This document shows positions 24,763 to 38,339 of a stretch of 64,000 nt of DNA, one piece after another; positions within the stretch are counted from its first letter, which is position 1; every line of letters starts with the position of its first letter. Under the pieces are notes generated by a model. The model was not told where the DNA came from and made no database searches. It saw nothing but the letters and a program-made list of their open reading frames with translations. The translations under genes were made by a program, and so were the position numbers. Source of the DNA: Eledone cirrhosa (taxonomy: Eukaryota); assembly GCA_964016885.1 (NCBI GenBank), contig OZ024742.1:215078001-215142000 (forward strand). The letters run 5' to 3'.

Positions 24763-25111
24763 CTCCTCTATTCAGCACCACTGCAGTCTTGCCGGTCTGA
24801 CATATAGTGAGTAGATGCTATTGTTGTATATTTTCAAACTTAGCCGTATTTACTTTCAATGCCTTAATATTCATAATTGAGTGGAATCATTTAAAGTACT
24901 TTAAAACAATTAAACTCCGAGCAACGCCGGGCACTTCTGTTAGTATATATATAATGTTTTATATCTCAAGGAAAGAATCATGAATTTAGAATATAATTCC
25001 GGGGATAATGTTGTTATATGCACACACCTTAGACTTAAAATATTTAAAGAACGAAACATCATCTTTATTCAGTGTATCGACAGTGGTCAAGCAATATACC
25101 TATCAAATAAT

Positions 25112-25330
25112 AATTGTTTCTATTTGAGGCACAAGGCCAGCTATTTGAAGGGGGGGGGGCATGCCAATTAAATCGACCCCACAGCATTGCTGGTGCTTTA
25201 TTTATCGTCCCCGTAAGGATGAAAGGAAAAGCTAACCTAGGCTTAATTTGAACTCAGAGCGTAAAACGCCGTAACTCTATGCCATGAACTATGGTTTCCG
25301 ACGCTCTACCGATACTAGCAATCAACGCCC
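25112..25330 (-). mobile_element. tRNA-derived SINE, older/longer variant
   Basis: ttgtttctatttgaggcacaaggccagc...taaggatgaaagg...tttgaactcag...ctaccgatactagcaatc. Confidence 0.8.
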
Positions 25331-27042
25331 TTTCCCTATCAAATATTAATAACCACTCTGTTTGATGAGCTTTTCACGCAAATTTCTGTATAATAATACA
25401 ATGTTTCTTTAGATTGTAGCAGTATATGTTACATGTCTGTTTAGGGCGTGGAAACAGTATAACACACAAGAAATATAACAGTGGACAACCTAACAGTCCA
25501 TCAACTTCATTAAAAATAATCCATATACGGAACATATATAAACATGAACGATTAGAGAACTTTGATTATTTCAGTCTCCTGAATGCACATACAAGGATAT
25601 AACGGCATTTCTGCAATTGAAGATATATAAAAGCCTATGTGTAACCTATCTTAAACCGACGTAGTGAATTAACTAAATTTGAAGGAATCAATTTGTGTTA
25701 CAGTCTTTCATTTGCATAAAGAAGACAAACATTGCAAGGTTACAATTATGATTCATTGAAATGATCTGCCCGATTTTTAATTTTTAAATTGAGGATACAG
25801 TCAAACATTTAAATGTATAGAGCGAAGTCATAGATGCGTGATTTTTTATAATATATATTCCGCATTTTATAATAACATATCAGGTCGTTCAGAGAAGAGT
25901 GTCGGTTGATACGGATTATGAATCTAATTATATGTGAGAATATTAAGTATTATACTCTTTTCAAATATGGAAGCTGACTTTCATACTCCTCTGGACTGGT
26001 TAATAGTTTCGTGTATGGCGCTTATGTTAATCACGTACTTTTTTCATAATTGTCCATTGTTCTAGATTGTGTCAATGATACTTATTATTTGAAGAGAGAT
26101 AGGTGAATACCTAAGTTCATTTGAAAATATATAGAGAAAAATAATTATTGAATGATATTTATTTCGGTGTTGTAAATATATTACGTGCCAGTGGTATTGT
26201 GACAGGTTTGGAGGAGCAAGTTATGTGTTCTATACGAGAACGATCTTTCTCTCATCTTCTATTATATTCTCTACATATATGTATTACTTGCATCATTCAT
26301 ATCCCTGAGGAAAACATCAACGTCACACAATCCAATTCGTTTTCCTCAGAAATATTATCTTGTATTTCAGTGAGAAAACATGTATATAACAAACGTCTGT
26401 ACATTTGGTAAGGGAAAACAATGTGATAATTTGCTGTTATCAAATATTTGGATTAAGAAAAATTCAGCAGGTAAAATCTCCAGAGATTTTCCTACGATCT
26501 CATGATACAAACATCAAACAACGTACGGAGGCAAATAACATTGATATGCATACGACTACTCGATTCAACTATACAAAGTATTATGCTATTTTTTTCTTTA
26601 TTTTTAACAAAGTATTGCATTGTTCCACCATTCTTCTATCTCTTGTAAGTCTTCTTCCCTTTTTACTCTATTCTTTTATCATTGCCTTTCAGTATATATA
26701 TTATTTTTTTATGTAAGTCTTTTTCCTATTTACATGTTTATTTTCATACAATTTTGCGGATAATTCGCTAAAAATTTACACTTCATTGACACGAACGTCA
26801 CGTAATCTCAGTTAGTCGTGCAAATGTCGGAGTCAGGCGCATCGGATTTGTTATGCCCGAAGCTTATTGTTACGACGTCAGCATTTTGTGCGTAGTATTG
26901 ATATGTGGGGTAGAATTAAAAGGAGGTAAAGTTGATATAACAGTGTGCGATTTTGTTAAAGAATTACACAGAATCACAAAACCCAGACACAAACATCTGT
27001 TTGTGCGTGTATCTATGTTAGCGTGTGCGAGCGTGCTTGTTG

Positions 27043-27106
<64 letters not shown>

Positions 27107-27167
27107 AAAGCTTTACATGACTAGAACTGTTTCATTAGTGAGAAATCATCAGGAAGCTGATGATTTG

Positions 27168-27247
<80 letters not shown>

Positions 27248-27320
27248 TATATATATACATATATACATATATACATATATATATATATACAAATATATGC
27301 ATATTATGCATGATATATAT

Positions 27321-27384
<64 letters not shown>

Positions 27385-27944
27385 AATGTGTTTGCGTGAG
27401 TGCATGCGCTTTTTCTTGTGAGTTGATGACTAATGTATGTGTATGTGCGAATGTAGTTAATATAAAATTGTACAGCAGTATGAACGAGAACAGCAATATT
27501 GCAGGAAAAGACTACATTTATAATGGAGTATTAGGTAGATATATAAATAAATAACTTTTGATTTCATCGATTAAACTACGGAAAATTTGAATAACTTTAG
27601 TAAAATATTTACATCAGCCTCAAAGGCGACGAGTTAATGTGAACTATTTACACAGAATATCTGCGTAGGATCCTTTACAAGTTTAGGTTAAAATAAAATA
27701 ATGTGGCAATGGATATTGTATTACTCAATATATTATCTGGAGCAAATGATAGATGCTTATGAAAACATTCACTTTGATCGTGGATCTACTGAGCCATGCC
27801 TGTCCTGGAGTTAAGTACCTAATAGTAGCAACATCAATAGAAACAATGAAAAGTAAAAATAATCCTAAAATCTTAATAAGTATTATAATAGAAAAAATAA
27901 TTCTCAATTATAAAAGTAACCAATATGGTAATGGAATATATAGA

Positions 27945-28150
27945 TTTCTAATTAAGGCATCGGGCCTGCAAATTTGGTGGGGAATGTCGGTTAATTTAAT
28001 CAATCCTAGTATTTAAGTTGTTATTGACCCCGGAATGATGAAGTGAACAGTTTTTTTAGGTAGGATTTGACATCAGAATGTGAAAAGCCAGTAGAAATAC
28101 CACAGTGATATCTTTTCCAACGCTCACTCGAATCTATAAATCTACAGCCC
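27945..28150 (-). mobile_element. Highly diverged SINE copy
   Basis: tttctaattaaggcatcgggcctgcaaattt...gaccccggaatgatgaa...ggatttgacatcagaa. Confidence 0.5.
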
Positions 28151-29917
28151 TTCTAATGGCGTAAATTAGAATAGAAACAGTAGAAAATAGACAACATGTG
28201 GATTTCGGGTGCTATATTGATAGTGGGTGACACTTCTATTCATAGAGATATTTAACGAGTTCTATCGCCGAGGAATGTAATTGGTCTACAGCCTTTGTAT
28301 GTTTTTTTCTGTGGTGACCCACAATATCAGCTAACCCACATAAGTACACCAATGCGTGACTTCACCGTGCACAGAAATTCGTTATATATTCATTGATGCC
28401 AATAACTAAAGTTAAGAGAAATGGACAATTCCCTATCCTCTTTCTATGTATCTGTGAAATAAGATCCAGCATTTACACAAAACGTTTCATCCTACTAACA
28501 TAAACCCACACGTATTATTCTTCAATGAGACAGAAATCCCTCTACCATTTTCTGTTATTCGTCACTACTCCGAAAGCTGCGTATGTACAAATGTAGATTC
28601 CACTCTCCTTCAACCCGTCTCTCTTAAATGGATAAAAGCAGCAAATTATACCAGGTAAACCTCCCTCTATCAGTCCCTCACTCCCTCACACACTCACTCT
28701 CATTCGCTCACTCTTTCGCACGGACATGCTGGTGTTATAGATATATGACTATTTTGAGTTTGAGTCACACTTTGTTCAGCATCTCTTTATATCAAACTCT
28801 TAGACTATATTTCACTGTCAGAATCTTGAATAGAAGCTGTTAATATCAAACTGATATATATTGAGAATTGAAAACACGCTCATGAGTTCCAAGATACGAT
28901 AATATAAATATATATACTGAGGGGGCGGGGGGGGGGGGGGTGAGCGAGAGAAAGAGAGAGAGGGAGACATGCAAACAGAGACAGAGAGACAAAAATGTGG
29001 GATTGAGGAACATAGCAGGTGTGAAATAAGGTAACATAAAAAAAGCGATAGAACAGAGTTAATGAGATATATGTAGGAGAAAAAAGAATAAATGCGCTTG
29101 CACATTTTATGCATGATATTTGCAATACTAGGTTACAGTTAGCTTCAAGCTAATCTACTTAATGAATCTCTCTGGGAGTAGATTAGATGAAGGGAGCTGT
29201 ATGGAATTTCGAAAAAAATTCCTGCTTTTTCCCGAAGGATTCTATTTCAACAACTATGAAAATAAACAATCTTTCTGTGAGAAATCGTAAAGAATTAAAA
29301 CGTAAAGCACATGAAAAGCTAGTTTTCGCTTTCCTTTGTGTTTGTGTCTGTGAGCCTTGCTTCATTAGATTACGTTTCCGATGATATGGTATTATATGCA
29401 TGAAATATGACTTACATAGAGAAATATATATCGGCAAGTATGAAGAGAGAAAATACGTTTAAAAAAATATTTCTTGGCAAGCAGATTAAAAGCCATCCCA
29501 CATAAACAGTAATTCGCATTGCATATCCATAGACTCGCCTACCTACTAATAAATACACAAACATATACACCAATATATTTGCAAATAAATGAATCCGTAT
29601 AAACTAATAGAGAGAAGCGTGCCAAAACTAACATACTCAAATATAAGTACCAAATTCATACTGATATGAATATATTAGCCTAGGATTTGTTATACACTTA
29701 CATTTATACAAATTATATATGTATATATATACACAAGTATGTATATACTTATACGCACACATAGATGCATATGCACATACAGACGTACACGCGTAAAGAA
29801 GCGTATTCATATAGGTTCATATTATCAATGTCCATCTAATTCCTTATTTACACATTTCTATTTAACCCCACATTCACACTAGTTAAGCAAATATCTGCGA
29901 CCGTTTCTTTAAATAGT

Positions 29918-30100
29918 TGTTTCTACTTTAGGCACAAGGCCAGCAATTACCCAGTTCATTACTGGTACTTTATTTTATCGACCCCGTAAGGATGAAAGGC
30001 AAAGTCAACCTCGGCAGGATTTGAACTCAGATTGTAAAGGGACGTAACTATGCTGGAAAGCATGGCGTCCGACCCTCTACCGATACTGCCAATCCACCGC
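29918..30100 (-). mobile_element. tRNA-derived SINE (subfamily A), full length
   Basis: Perfect 17 bp TSD ccgtttctttaaatagt at 29901 and 30101. Confidence 0.95.
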
Positions 30101-30618
30101 CCGTTTCTTTAAATAGTGTTGACTGTTTACGCACGAACATGTTTCTGAGTTTGCATGTGGGTTATGTGGGTGTATGTATATAAACACATCCTTCCGAGAT
30201 TTAAACATAAAAGTTCGAAATTATTGAAATATTGTTTAATTTATGTAAAGATGTGATGATGAATATTTAGGTGTATGTGTTAGTGTGTGTATGTGCTTAT
30301 GTGCTTACGTGTTTTTGTGTGTGTATGTTTAGCTTAAATGCGGATGAGTGTTAAATATTGTCACCGAACTAAGATAGTTTATTTCGCATCAGGTGTATGT
30401 GTAGATATATTATGAAAAACATCTATTACTTCTAAAGTGTTCTATGTCAAAATGTCTTATATGCTGCATATGCTTTAGATGACAATAAATATGTATCATA
30501 TATATTCGTAGGTTCGCTGCTTTATTCAAAGATCAATGCTGTGTGATTCTGATTTGGATTGCGCCTGATAAGGATATCGAATCCTGTGTCAAGCTCTATG
30601 TTACTGAATTATTACGTA

Positions 30619-30666
<48 letters not shown>

Positions 30667-31059
30667 CAGAAATTTAAATAATTTTGAAAACCATACGATG
30701 CGAATCAAGATTGCTACGATAAGAAAATAATCTTACCTTAACAAATTTCATAAACCCAAATATTTTCGGGCTTAAAAACCCATTATGAAGGGAGTTGTTT
30801 GCTTGGAAAGCAGATTTAAGTTAAATGAATTGAAAAGACGTTTAAATTTCGAACGTGTCGTTGTGAAATGTATGATATTTGCATGTGTGCGTGAATGTAT
30901 GTTTAATGGGATGTTTGTATGTGTGTGCATAAATGTAAGTTTATGTAGTGAAAGGTGTGTGCGAATAAGTATTAATAAAACGGGGAAAATATGTGTGATT
31001 ATATGTATGTGTGTGTGTCTAAGTGTATTTGCCTAGTGAAGATATAGATATAATTTGAA

Positions 31060-32105
31060 AGAAAGAATGAATCTGGCCGCTGGGATGTTGGAATACAGGC
31101 TTTTAAATTAACAATTCTGGTGCACTTCTTTCCATTCGATTATTGATCTTAGGTATTAATTGCTTGATTAAGAGGGTTTCCTTAATTCTCAGCGTGCCTA
31201 TACTACGTTCGGTAGCTAAGATTGTGGTGGTAATGTTGTCCCGGTTTCCGCATTTGACGATGTGTTTGCGGAAGGAAGAGGAGTTGGTGTTAACATGCTC
31301 TTTAATACGGAGATGTAACGGTCGAATAGTGCTGCCTATGTAAAATAGATTGCACTTGTTACATTCTGGCATGTATACTACGTAGGTACGTAGGTAACAA
31401 TTAGTGTTGCGTATAGGGCAGTTGGCTAGGGTGCATCCCTTATCCTCATTGGAGGGTTTACTTGTGGAGAGGCATCTTCGCAGGGAAGATCCAGAGTGAG
31501 CTAGTTTGATATTGTGGCTCTCTCTTCTGGTTGCTTTGCATATGGCGTTGGTGGTTTCCTCGCTGAGATGTGGGATCTTGAAGAAGCAACTGTCGTTTGT
31601 GTTGGTCCGGTCTATGGGTCTGTGGTTTCGTCGTGGAGTGGAGAAGGAAGCTCAGTAACCGTTAATCTCTAGTACCTTGTGGAATCGTCTGATATGGGTG
31701 GCTCTGTTAGTAGTGTTGCGTATGCGAGCCATTCGGTTGAAGATGTACCCTCTTTTAGAGCTGTTGGCGAGGGCAGATTTACAATGCACAAACAGGTCTC
31801 TTCTGGCCACTTTGCGGTAGAAATCGGTGTGTATTTCACCGCTATCAGAGATGTCAAGTCTGAAATCAAATAGAGCGAAGGACCCCGAATCAGTGGGATG
31901 TTCGAAGTTAAATTGATATTTTTGTCAGCATTGTTGAAAGATTCGAAAATATCGTTGGCATTCTTCATGGTGGATGTGAAGATGAGTACATCATCCACAT
32001 ATCTAGCGAAGAAAGCGCAGGTGTCACAGGAGCTGAGTACTCGGCGTTCTAGTCTGTTAATATACGAAATGGCCAGTAAACCTGAGAGGCTGGATCCGAT
32101 GAGTA
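31060..32105 (-). mobile_element. Penelope-like element fragment (Poseidon/Penelope-like)
   Basis: RYVDDVLIF RT motif near 32000; CNKCNLFYIGSTIRPLHLRIKEH..LRIKETLLIKQLIPKIN GIY-YIG at 31103-31372. Confidence 0.85.
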
Positions 32106-32109
32106 GCTG

Positions 32110-34085
32110 AAAATAGGGACTACAATAAATGTAAATCTTGAAGATTACCCGCCCACATATTAACGATGTAAGTAGGATGAAAATACATAATGAATCCTAC
32201 GAATTTAATAGTTAAAAAATGGGGAAAACATGAACCCGGAGTAGTTATAACAAGGGCATAACTATGAAGAAATGAATATAATAAGTAAAAATATATAATA
32301 CAAAATTGAGGATTTTTTTTTATATTTGAAAGAAGGAAAAGGACGTGTTAATAATAAGAAAATTATAGATAAAATTCAAAATTGATAATTTAAAATAAGG
32401 GGTGTATAAAGTAGATGGCCAGAGAGTGTATACATGCAGGAGAACGGCCAAAGTAGTAGTCAAAAATAAATCATATAGCGAGATACGCTACGAAGCGTAT
32501 TATGAATAACTGTAAAAATGACTGAACTAAAAGGAGTATAGGGGAAAAATGATCAGGGTTATAAATTAGAAAAATAGGATAAGTGGAAGTAAAAGAAAAT
32601 GTTATTAATATAACATTGGTAAAATTGAAATATAAAAAAAAAGAAAAAAATAGGATATAAATTAATTAGGAAGGAAATTTGAACTAGTTAAAACGTGAAG
32701 GTAAGATAAGTGGAGTGGTGGGTTAAAGAGGAATAGTACAAAAAGCGAAAGGAAAATAGTCAAATTATCTCATGGTATCTGGATGAAAAACTCTGTTAGC
32801 GAACGCGTATTCCAAACGGTGATGGCAATTAATTACAATCTCGTTGGGATCATTCATTGGGCTGGACTTACACATAATTATGAAATAAGCTTCCGATAAA
32901 CAGATATCAGCCTTTGTAAAGAGAGGATTTAGCTAAGATACCTCAGACTAAAGAGCATTCTATATTAGAGAATTTTAGTGTATCTATATATATGACTAAA
33001 GAATACACTTTTAAATTACTATTCTTAAATGAATGTCGATGAGAATTGAAATGAGGCTTGAAAGGCTTAGCTGTATCTCAAATGTACGTTCTAGTGTCAT
33101 TATGGGTTTTAGCAGTGTATCTATATACTGCCTTTTTAGTAAGATATTGAACATTCAGAGGGTAGTTATTAGGATTTCTACAATTACAGTTACGGTGAGA
33201 GGCGGTAAAGATTGTAGGTAAAGGGATAGAATTAGTTGGCACATCATTTGACGTTGAGGTAATACGAGAGTAAAAAGAATAACTATTAATGTTAGAATTA
33301 TTCGTATATAAAGGATTAAGTTGTAGAGGGAAATCAACAGAGAGGGAGGCACTATGTTTTTTAGTTTCTTATGTTTACTAAAAGCAATATAGTCAGCCAA
33401 TTTAGGGGTAGTAGAGAAAGAAACTTGACGTTATTCTTGTTAAATAATTTATAGTACTAATGGTGTGGAGGGAAGTGTTGCGTAAGATGGTGAAGAAACT
33501 TTTAGGGAAGTTATACGCTATATCATAGAAGAACAGAGGATTATACTAGGACAGACTTTGCGACCTATTTCGGCGCGGAGACTGGTGGTATTAGAAGGGT
33601 TAATAGGTATGTTTAAGATATTTTAAAAGTTATTATGTGGAAGGAATTTGGTTAAGTTGTTTATTAGAACTAGTCGTCAAGTCATTGCTATGAATATATA
33701 GCAAATAATTATAGCCTGATTTAGAAAGAGCCTCATTATAGTACCATGCTATTTCGTTAAATATGTTCTCATTTGCAGAGAGGCTAGAAATTCTATGTAA
33801 AATAGGTATTACAATAGATTTATGAATCGAGGGTGGGGGTGGAAAGACTTAATATAAGCTATCATCTTACGGGGTTTATGATAAGGATGGTAGACTCCTG
33901 TATCAAGGTCTAAAGTAGCGTTAAGGAAATTAACTACCTTATGGTTAGGCTCAATTTTGATAGAAAGACAATAGCTTTTAAAACATTTATGCAAAAGCCA
34001 ATTTAATGCACGTAAAATTGAGATTCTTAAGAATCTCAATTCTACGTGCATTAAATTGTCTACCGTAAATAGTGTAACGTCTACA
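32110..34085 (-). mobile_element. Naiad-like PLE remnant (left copy of a head-to-head pair)
   Basis: KVVNFLNATLDLDTGVYHPYHKP (RT thumb), then vestigial YNPL-like and NEIVINCHHR GIY-YIG tail, then AT-rich 3' region. Confidence 0.7.
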
Positions 34086-34089
34086 TTTA

Positions 34090-36670
34090 CATGTAATGTC
34101 AGATAAAACTAAACATTGATACATTATGAATATTGACACTTACAAGTCTTTTATCCTTAAAAAGATAAACACGGATTAGACAAACAAACTAGCTTATCCA
34201 CCCTCAATGTAATTAACAGTAAAGCTAAAGCCATTGTGAAGGTTTTAGATATTGATAAATACACTGACCCATATAAACCAATGGCCTATATGATCCCGGA
34301 AAATCATAAATAGAACGTTTTAGAAAACCCCTCTGATATAAGCAAATTAGCAAGTGTATCCTTGACCGTATCATACCTAAAGACCGAATTTGCTTTAAAC
34401 TTTGGCCTAATACTGACAAGGTTATTGAGTTTTCATTTCAATTAAGAATAATAATCATGTTAAATTTATACAATTTGATATCCATAGTTACTATGCCTCC
34501 ATATACCCTATTTTAGTGACAAAAACCCTAATATTAGCAAATACTAATACTGATTTATCTAGGAAAGAACGAAACATCATATTGATTGCTAGACAATGGA
34601 GTTTAATGATTGTTATTAGACTAGGGAAAATAGAGCAGATAACGTTGACATCACTATGGGAATTTACGTCCTACACAAACTAAAGGAAGATTTACCCTCT
34701 CTGCAAGGAGAGATGCTCTATTTACTGTAGATAACTTTAACGCACGTATAATTGATATTCTTTAGAAACATTTGCATAATTGTTTTAAAAGCTTTGGTCT
34801 TTCTATTACAATTAAGCCTAAGCATAAGGTAATCAATTTCCTACTTTAAACCTTGATATAGGAATCTACCGTCCTTATCATAAGCCTGGTGACATCTTAA
34901 CATATAACAATAGTCTTTTCACCCCATCCCCCTCAATTCCTAAATTTATTGTAATTTCTATTTCGCATTGAATCGCTAGTCTCTCTACAAATGAGAACAT
35001 ATTTAACGTGGTACTATAATGAGACTCCTTCTAAATCAGGCTATAAGGATGAGATGTATTACTACATCTGCTGCTCTATCCACCGATGTATGAAGGAATA
35101 ATAATGTTTTCTCTCTAGTAATAATTGAGTTGTCTCTCTAGTAATAATTGATTTAAAAACACTAATATAAAGAAACGGTCTCCCTATAATGCTTTGCTAC
35201 CTATTCCTAGCAACTAGTTCAGGATTAGTTCTAATAGACAACCTTACCAAACGCCTCCGTTAATACTAAGAATTCACGCACTACTACGCATAATAAGTTA
35301 AAAAAATACTCTAAACACACCTATTAACCCTTCTAAGGCAGCTAGTACTCCGCGCCAAAATAAGCCTCAAAATCTGTCCTATGATATAGCGTAAAACCTC
35401 CATGAAAGTTTCTTCTCTATTTTACGCAACAATTTACCTCCTCGCCATAAGTACTATAAATTATTTAACAAAATTAACGTGAAGTTTATTTTCTCTACTA
35501 TCTCTAACTTGACTATTGCATTGCATTTAATAAACATAAGAAACTAAAAATCTTTCTGTCAATTTACATCTACCACTTCACCTTTTACATACGAATAATT
35601 CTGACAACAATAGCTACTAGCTAGACCCGTGAAAAAATTCACGGATAATCGCCTCTTTCTTTATTATAATCCCCACTCTCTAAAGATATTAAAACCCTCC
35701 TCTCTCTATATATAAACCCATCCCTTTCTCTATATATTGAAACTGCCCTCTCTATATATTATAATACCACTCTCTCTATATATATTTTAACCCTCCTTTC
35801 TCTATATTTTAACCCCCTATCTCTATATTATAACCCCCTTCTCTCTAATTATTATAACCCATCCCTTTCTCTATATTATAACCACCTCTCTCTAAATATA
35901 TTATAACCCCCTCTCTCTCTCTTTTCCAAACGTTGCAACGCTCTTTGATTTTCTTTCGCCGTAGATTTCCATTGATTTAGCACGTCATTCGACTTTTATT
36001 TATATTACTGAAAGCGGTCGGACGTACCTACAGTACGTACGTATAAGCGTATTAATATATAGATTCTTTTAACTCTCCTATCACCTCACCGTCAAATGAT
36101 ATGCCAACTAATTCTATCCCTTTACCTACAATCTCTACTACCTCTCACCGTAACAGTAACTGTAGAAACCCTAATAAGTGCCCTCTGAATGTTTAATGTC
36201 TTACTAATAATGTAGTATATAGATGCATTGTTAAAACCCCCAATGATACTACAACGTACATTTGAGCTACTGCTAACCCTTGCAAGACTCGTTTTAATTC
36301 TCATAGACATTCATTTAAGAATAGTAATTTTAAAATGTCTACTTCTTCAGAAAAAATATAAATACACTAAAACTCTCTAATATTGAATACCTTTTAGGCT
36401 GGGATATCTTAGTTAATTCCTCTCCTTACAAAGGTTAAAAAGGTCGCTGTGATCACTGTTTATCAGATGCTTACTTTATAACATTGTCTAATGTATTATC
36501 GCAACGAGATTGTAATTAATTGCCATCATCGTTTGGCATACTCGTTCGCTAACAGGTGTTTTGATCCGTCTAAGATTCCATCAGGTAAATTGACTATTTT
36601 ACTTTCCCTTTTTTAATATTCCTCTTTAACACTCCATACTTATATATATTACCCTCACATTTTAACTATT
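34090..36670 (+). mobile_element. Naiad-like PLE remnant (right copy, inverted), interrupted by a Helitron
   Basis: Reverse-complement homology of 34740-36670 to 32690-34085. Extra RT 5' remnants (FIQFDI-like, DITMG) at 34300-34700. Confidence 0.7.
35617..36063 (-). mobile_element. Non-autonomous Helitron (447 bp) with internal minisatellite
   Basis: 5' A|TCTATATATTAATACG; 3' hairpin ccgtgaattttttcacgg + gtctagCTAG|T. ~22-24 bp tandem unit (ataaccccctctctctatatatt). The empty site is visible in the homologous PLE copy near 33270-33290. Confidence 0.88.
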
Positions 36671-37094
36671 TCAAAGTGTCATCCTCGTGTTGTTTTGATT
36701 GGTGGTTTAGCTATAAGGAGTGTTTTGGCTTGTGTGATATGCTCATCTCCCCACCAATCAAACAACCAAAACATTCCTCATAGCTAAACCACCAATTAAA
36801 CCATACGAACGCGAAACGTTACAGACATTTCTATGCTCTATATGTTCACACTGTCATGACAACAACAGAGCTCCGACGAGCGTTTGATTCCAGAGTTGGG
36901 CCAGATCGATTCAGATCGAACATTGAGCTAATCAATAGCGAAGCGCGTGTCACAAATCAATAATAGTAATGAAGGCTTAATAAATCGTCCTTGTACCATT
37001 AATATTATTTCATTTATTGGCCACGAGGGCTGGCATGTAGGGGACAATACAAGACACAGACAGTGGGGCTTTACAATAAGTTCTAGTAATTATT

Positions 37095-37275
37095 AGATGG
37101 GCAGTATCGGTAAAGGGTCTGACACCATGCTTTGACGCATAGTTTTATGGCCTTTGCCATTCTGAGTTCAAATCGCGCCGAGGTTAACTTTACATCCTGA
37201 CGGCGTCGATAGAAATAAAGTACCAGTAATGCACTGGGTATTTGCTGGCCTTGTTACAAAAGTAGAAACAATTAT
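37095..37275 (+). mobile_element. tRNA-derived SINE (subfamily B)
   Basis: ggcagtatcggtaaaggg...ctgagttcaaatcgcgccg...gtagaaacaa(tta)n. Confidence 0.88.
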
Positions 37276-37284
37276 TATTATTAT

Positions 37285-38325
37285 TGTTATTTGAGTCTCA
37301 GTCATTGATGTTATTTAACTGGAAAGTTTGTTGAAATGAATATCAAGACGCTACCAGCAGCCTCAGGACGTACCGGAGGGTTCTTGCCGTTCCCAGCAAG
37401 CATGCTTTTTGAAGTATTTCAAAAAGCGTGGCTGGACTAATTTTTTTAACCATCCTTGGAAACTCTTTGAGATAGTAACTAGTACGCCTATGACAATCGG
37501 GACAACCATGATTTCATGGCAGTTCCAAATCCTTTTTAACTCCCACTGTAAATCCTGGTATCGGCTAATTTTCTCCCTCTCCTTTTCTTGCACTCTCGTG
37601 GGTAGTCTGCATCTACAATCGGGCCGTCTGTATCCTAAAATCCCATAGCACCTTCACCTGATCGTTTTCTATCACCGACTGTGGTTTATGCTCATACCAC
37701 TTCTCAGAATGTGGTAAATTATTTACTTTGCAAAGATGCCAGTGGATCACCCTGCCTATCACATCATGTCTCCAGCCTTTATAGTGAGTCTGAGCTAGGT
37801 GTTTACACTCGGATACAATGTGAGCCACAGTCTCCTCTCTCTCTCAGGTCCTACACAGTGATCTAGCCTCCTCCTTGTCAATATGGTGTTTCGCCCACTT
37901 CGTTCTGAGGGCTTGCACAGCCATTAGCTTTCCTTCTGTAGCTTTTTTAATGTCTCCTCTTTTTAACCAGTTCTAAGTCGGTGGATCTCTGAATTCTGTT
38001 TTCTTAAAGAAGGTGCTATGGAGGGATTTTTCATGAAGGTTGCTCTTCCTCCTTGCTGTAATTTCTTCCTTGGACATCTCTGGTCTATTGTCTTCTCTCT
38101 CAGTACGATTTTGAGCATTGGCTCCCTACTGTCAGACACATATTTGTGCAGACTGTTTATCCCCATCTGAACACAGTCCTCTATGCTGATAAGACATCTT
38201 CCACCTTCAGATCTCTTTAAGTAGAGTCTATCACATCACTCCTCTTGTGTAACATGTTGTAGATAGTCATTAGCATCCTAGTCTTTCTATCTATTTCTTT
38301 TTGTTCAGTAACATTCCATTTCAGA
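37285..38325 (-). mobile_element. R4/Dong-type non-LTR retrotransposon, 5'-truncated
   Basis: HIVSECKHLAQTHYKGWRHDVIGRVIHWHLCK..WYEHKPQSVIEND..LWDFRIQT; EKISRYQDLQWELKRIW..VVPIVIG. 3' end in (TAA)n. Confidence 0.85.
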
Positions 38326-38339
38326 ATTATTATTATTAT

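Larger units (their letters stand above)
19154..24943 (+). mobile_element. Full-length Helitron (Rep/helicase), decayed
   Basis: 5' end A|TCTCTATATATATAAAA. 3' end has a GC-rich hairpin (ccgagcaacgccgg) then ...ctgTTAG|T (degenerate CTAG). Inserted at A|T with no TSD. Internal RepHel coding region. Confidence 0.9.
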
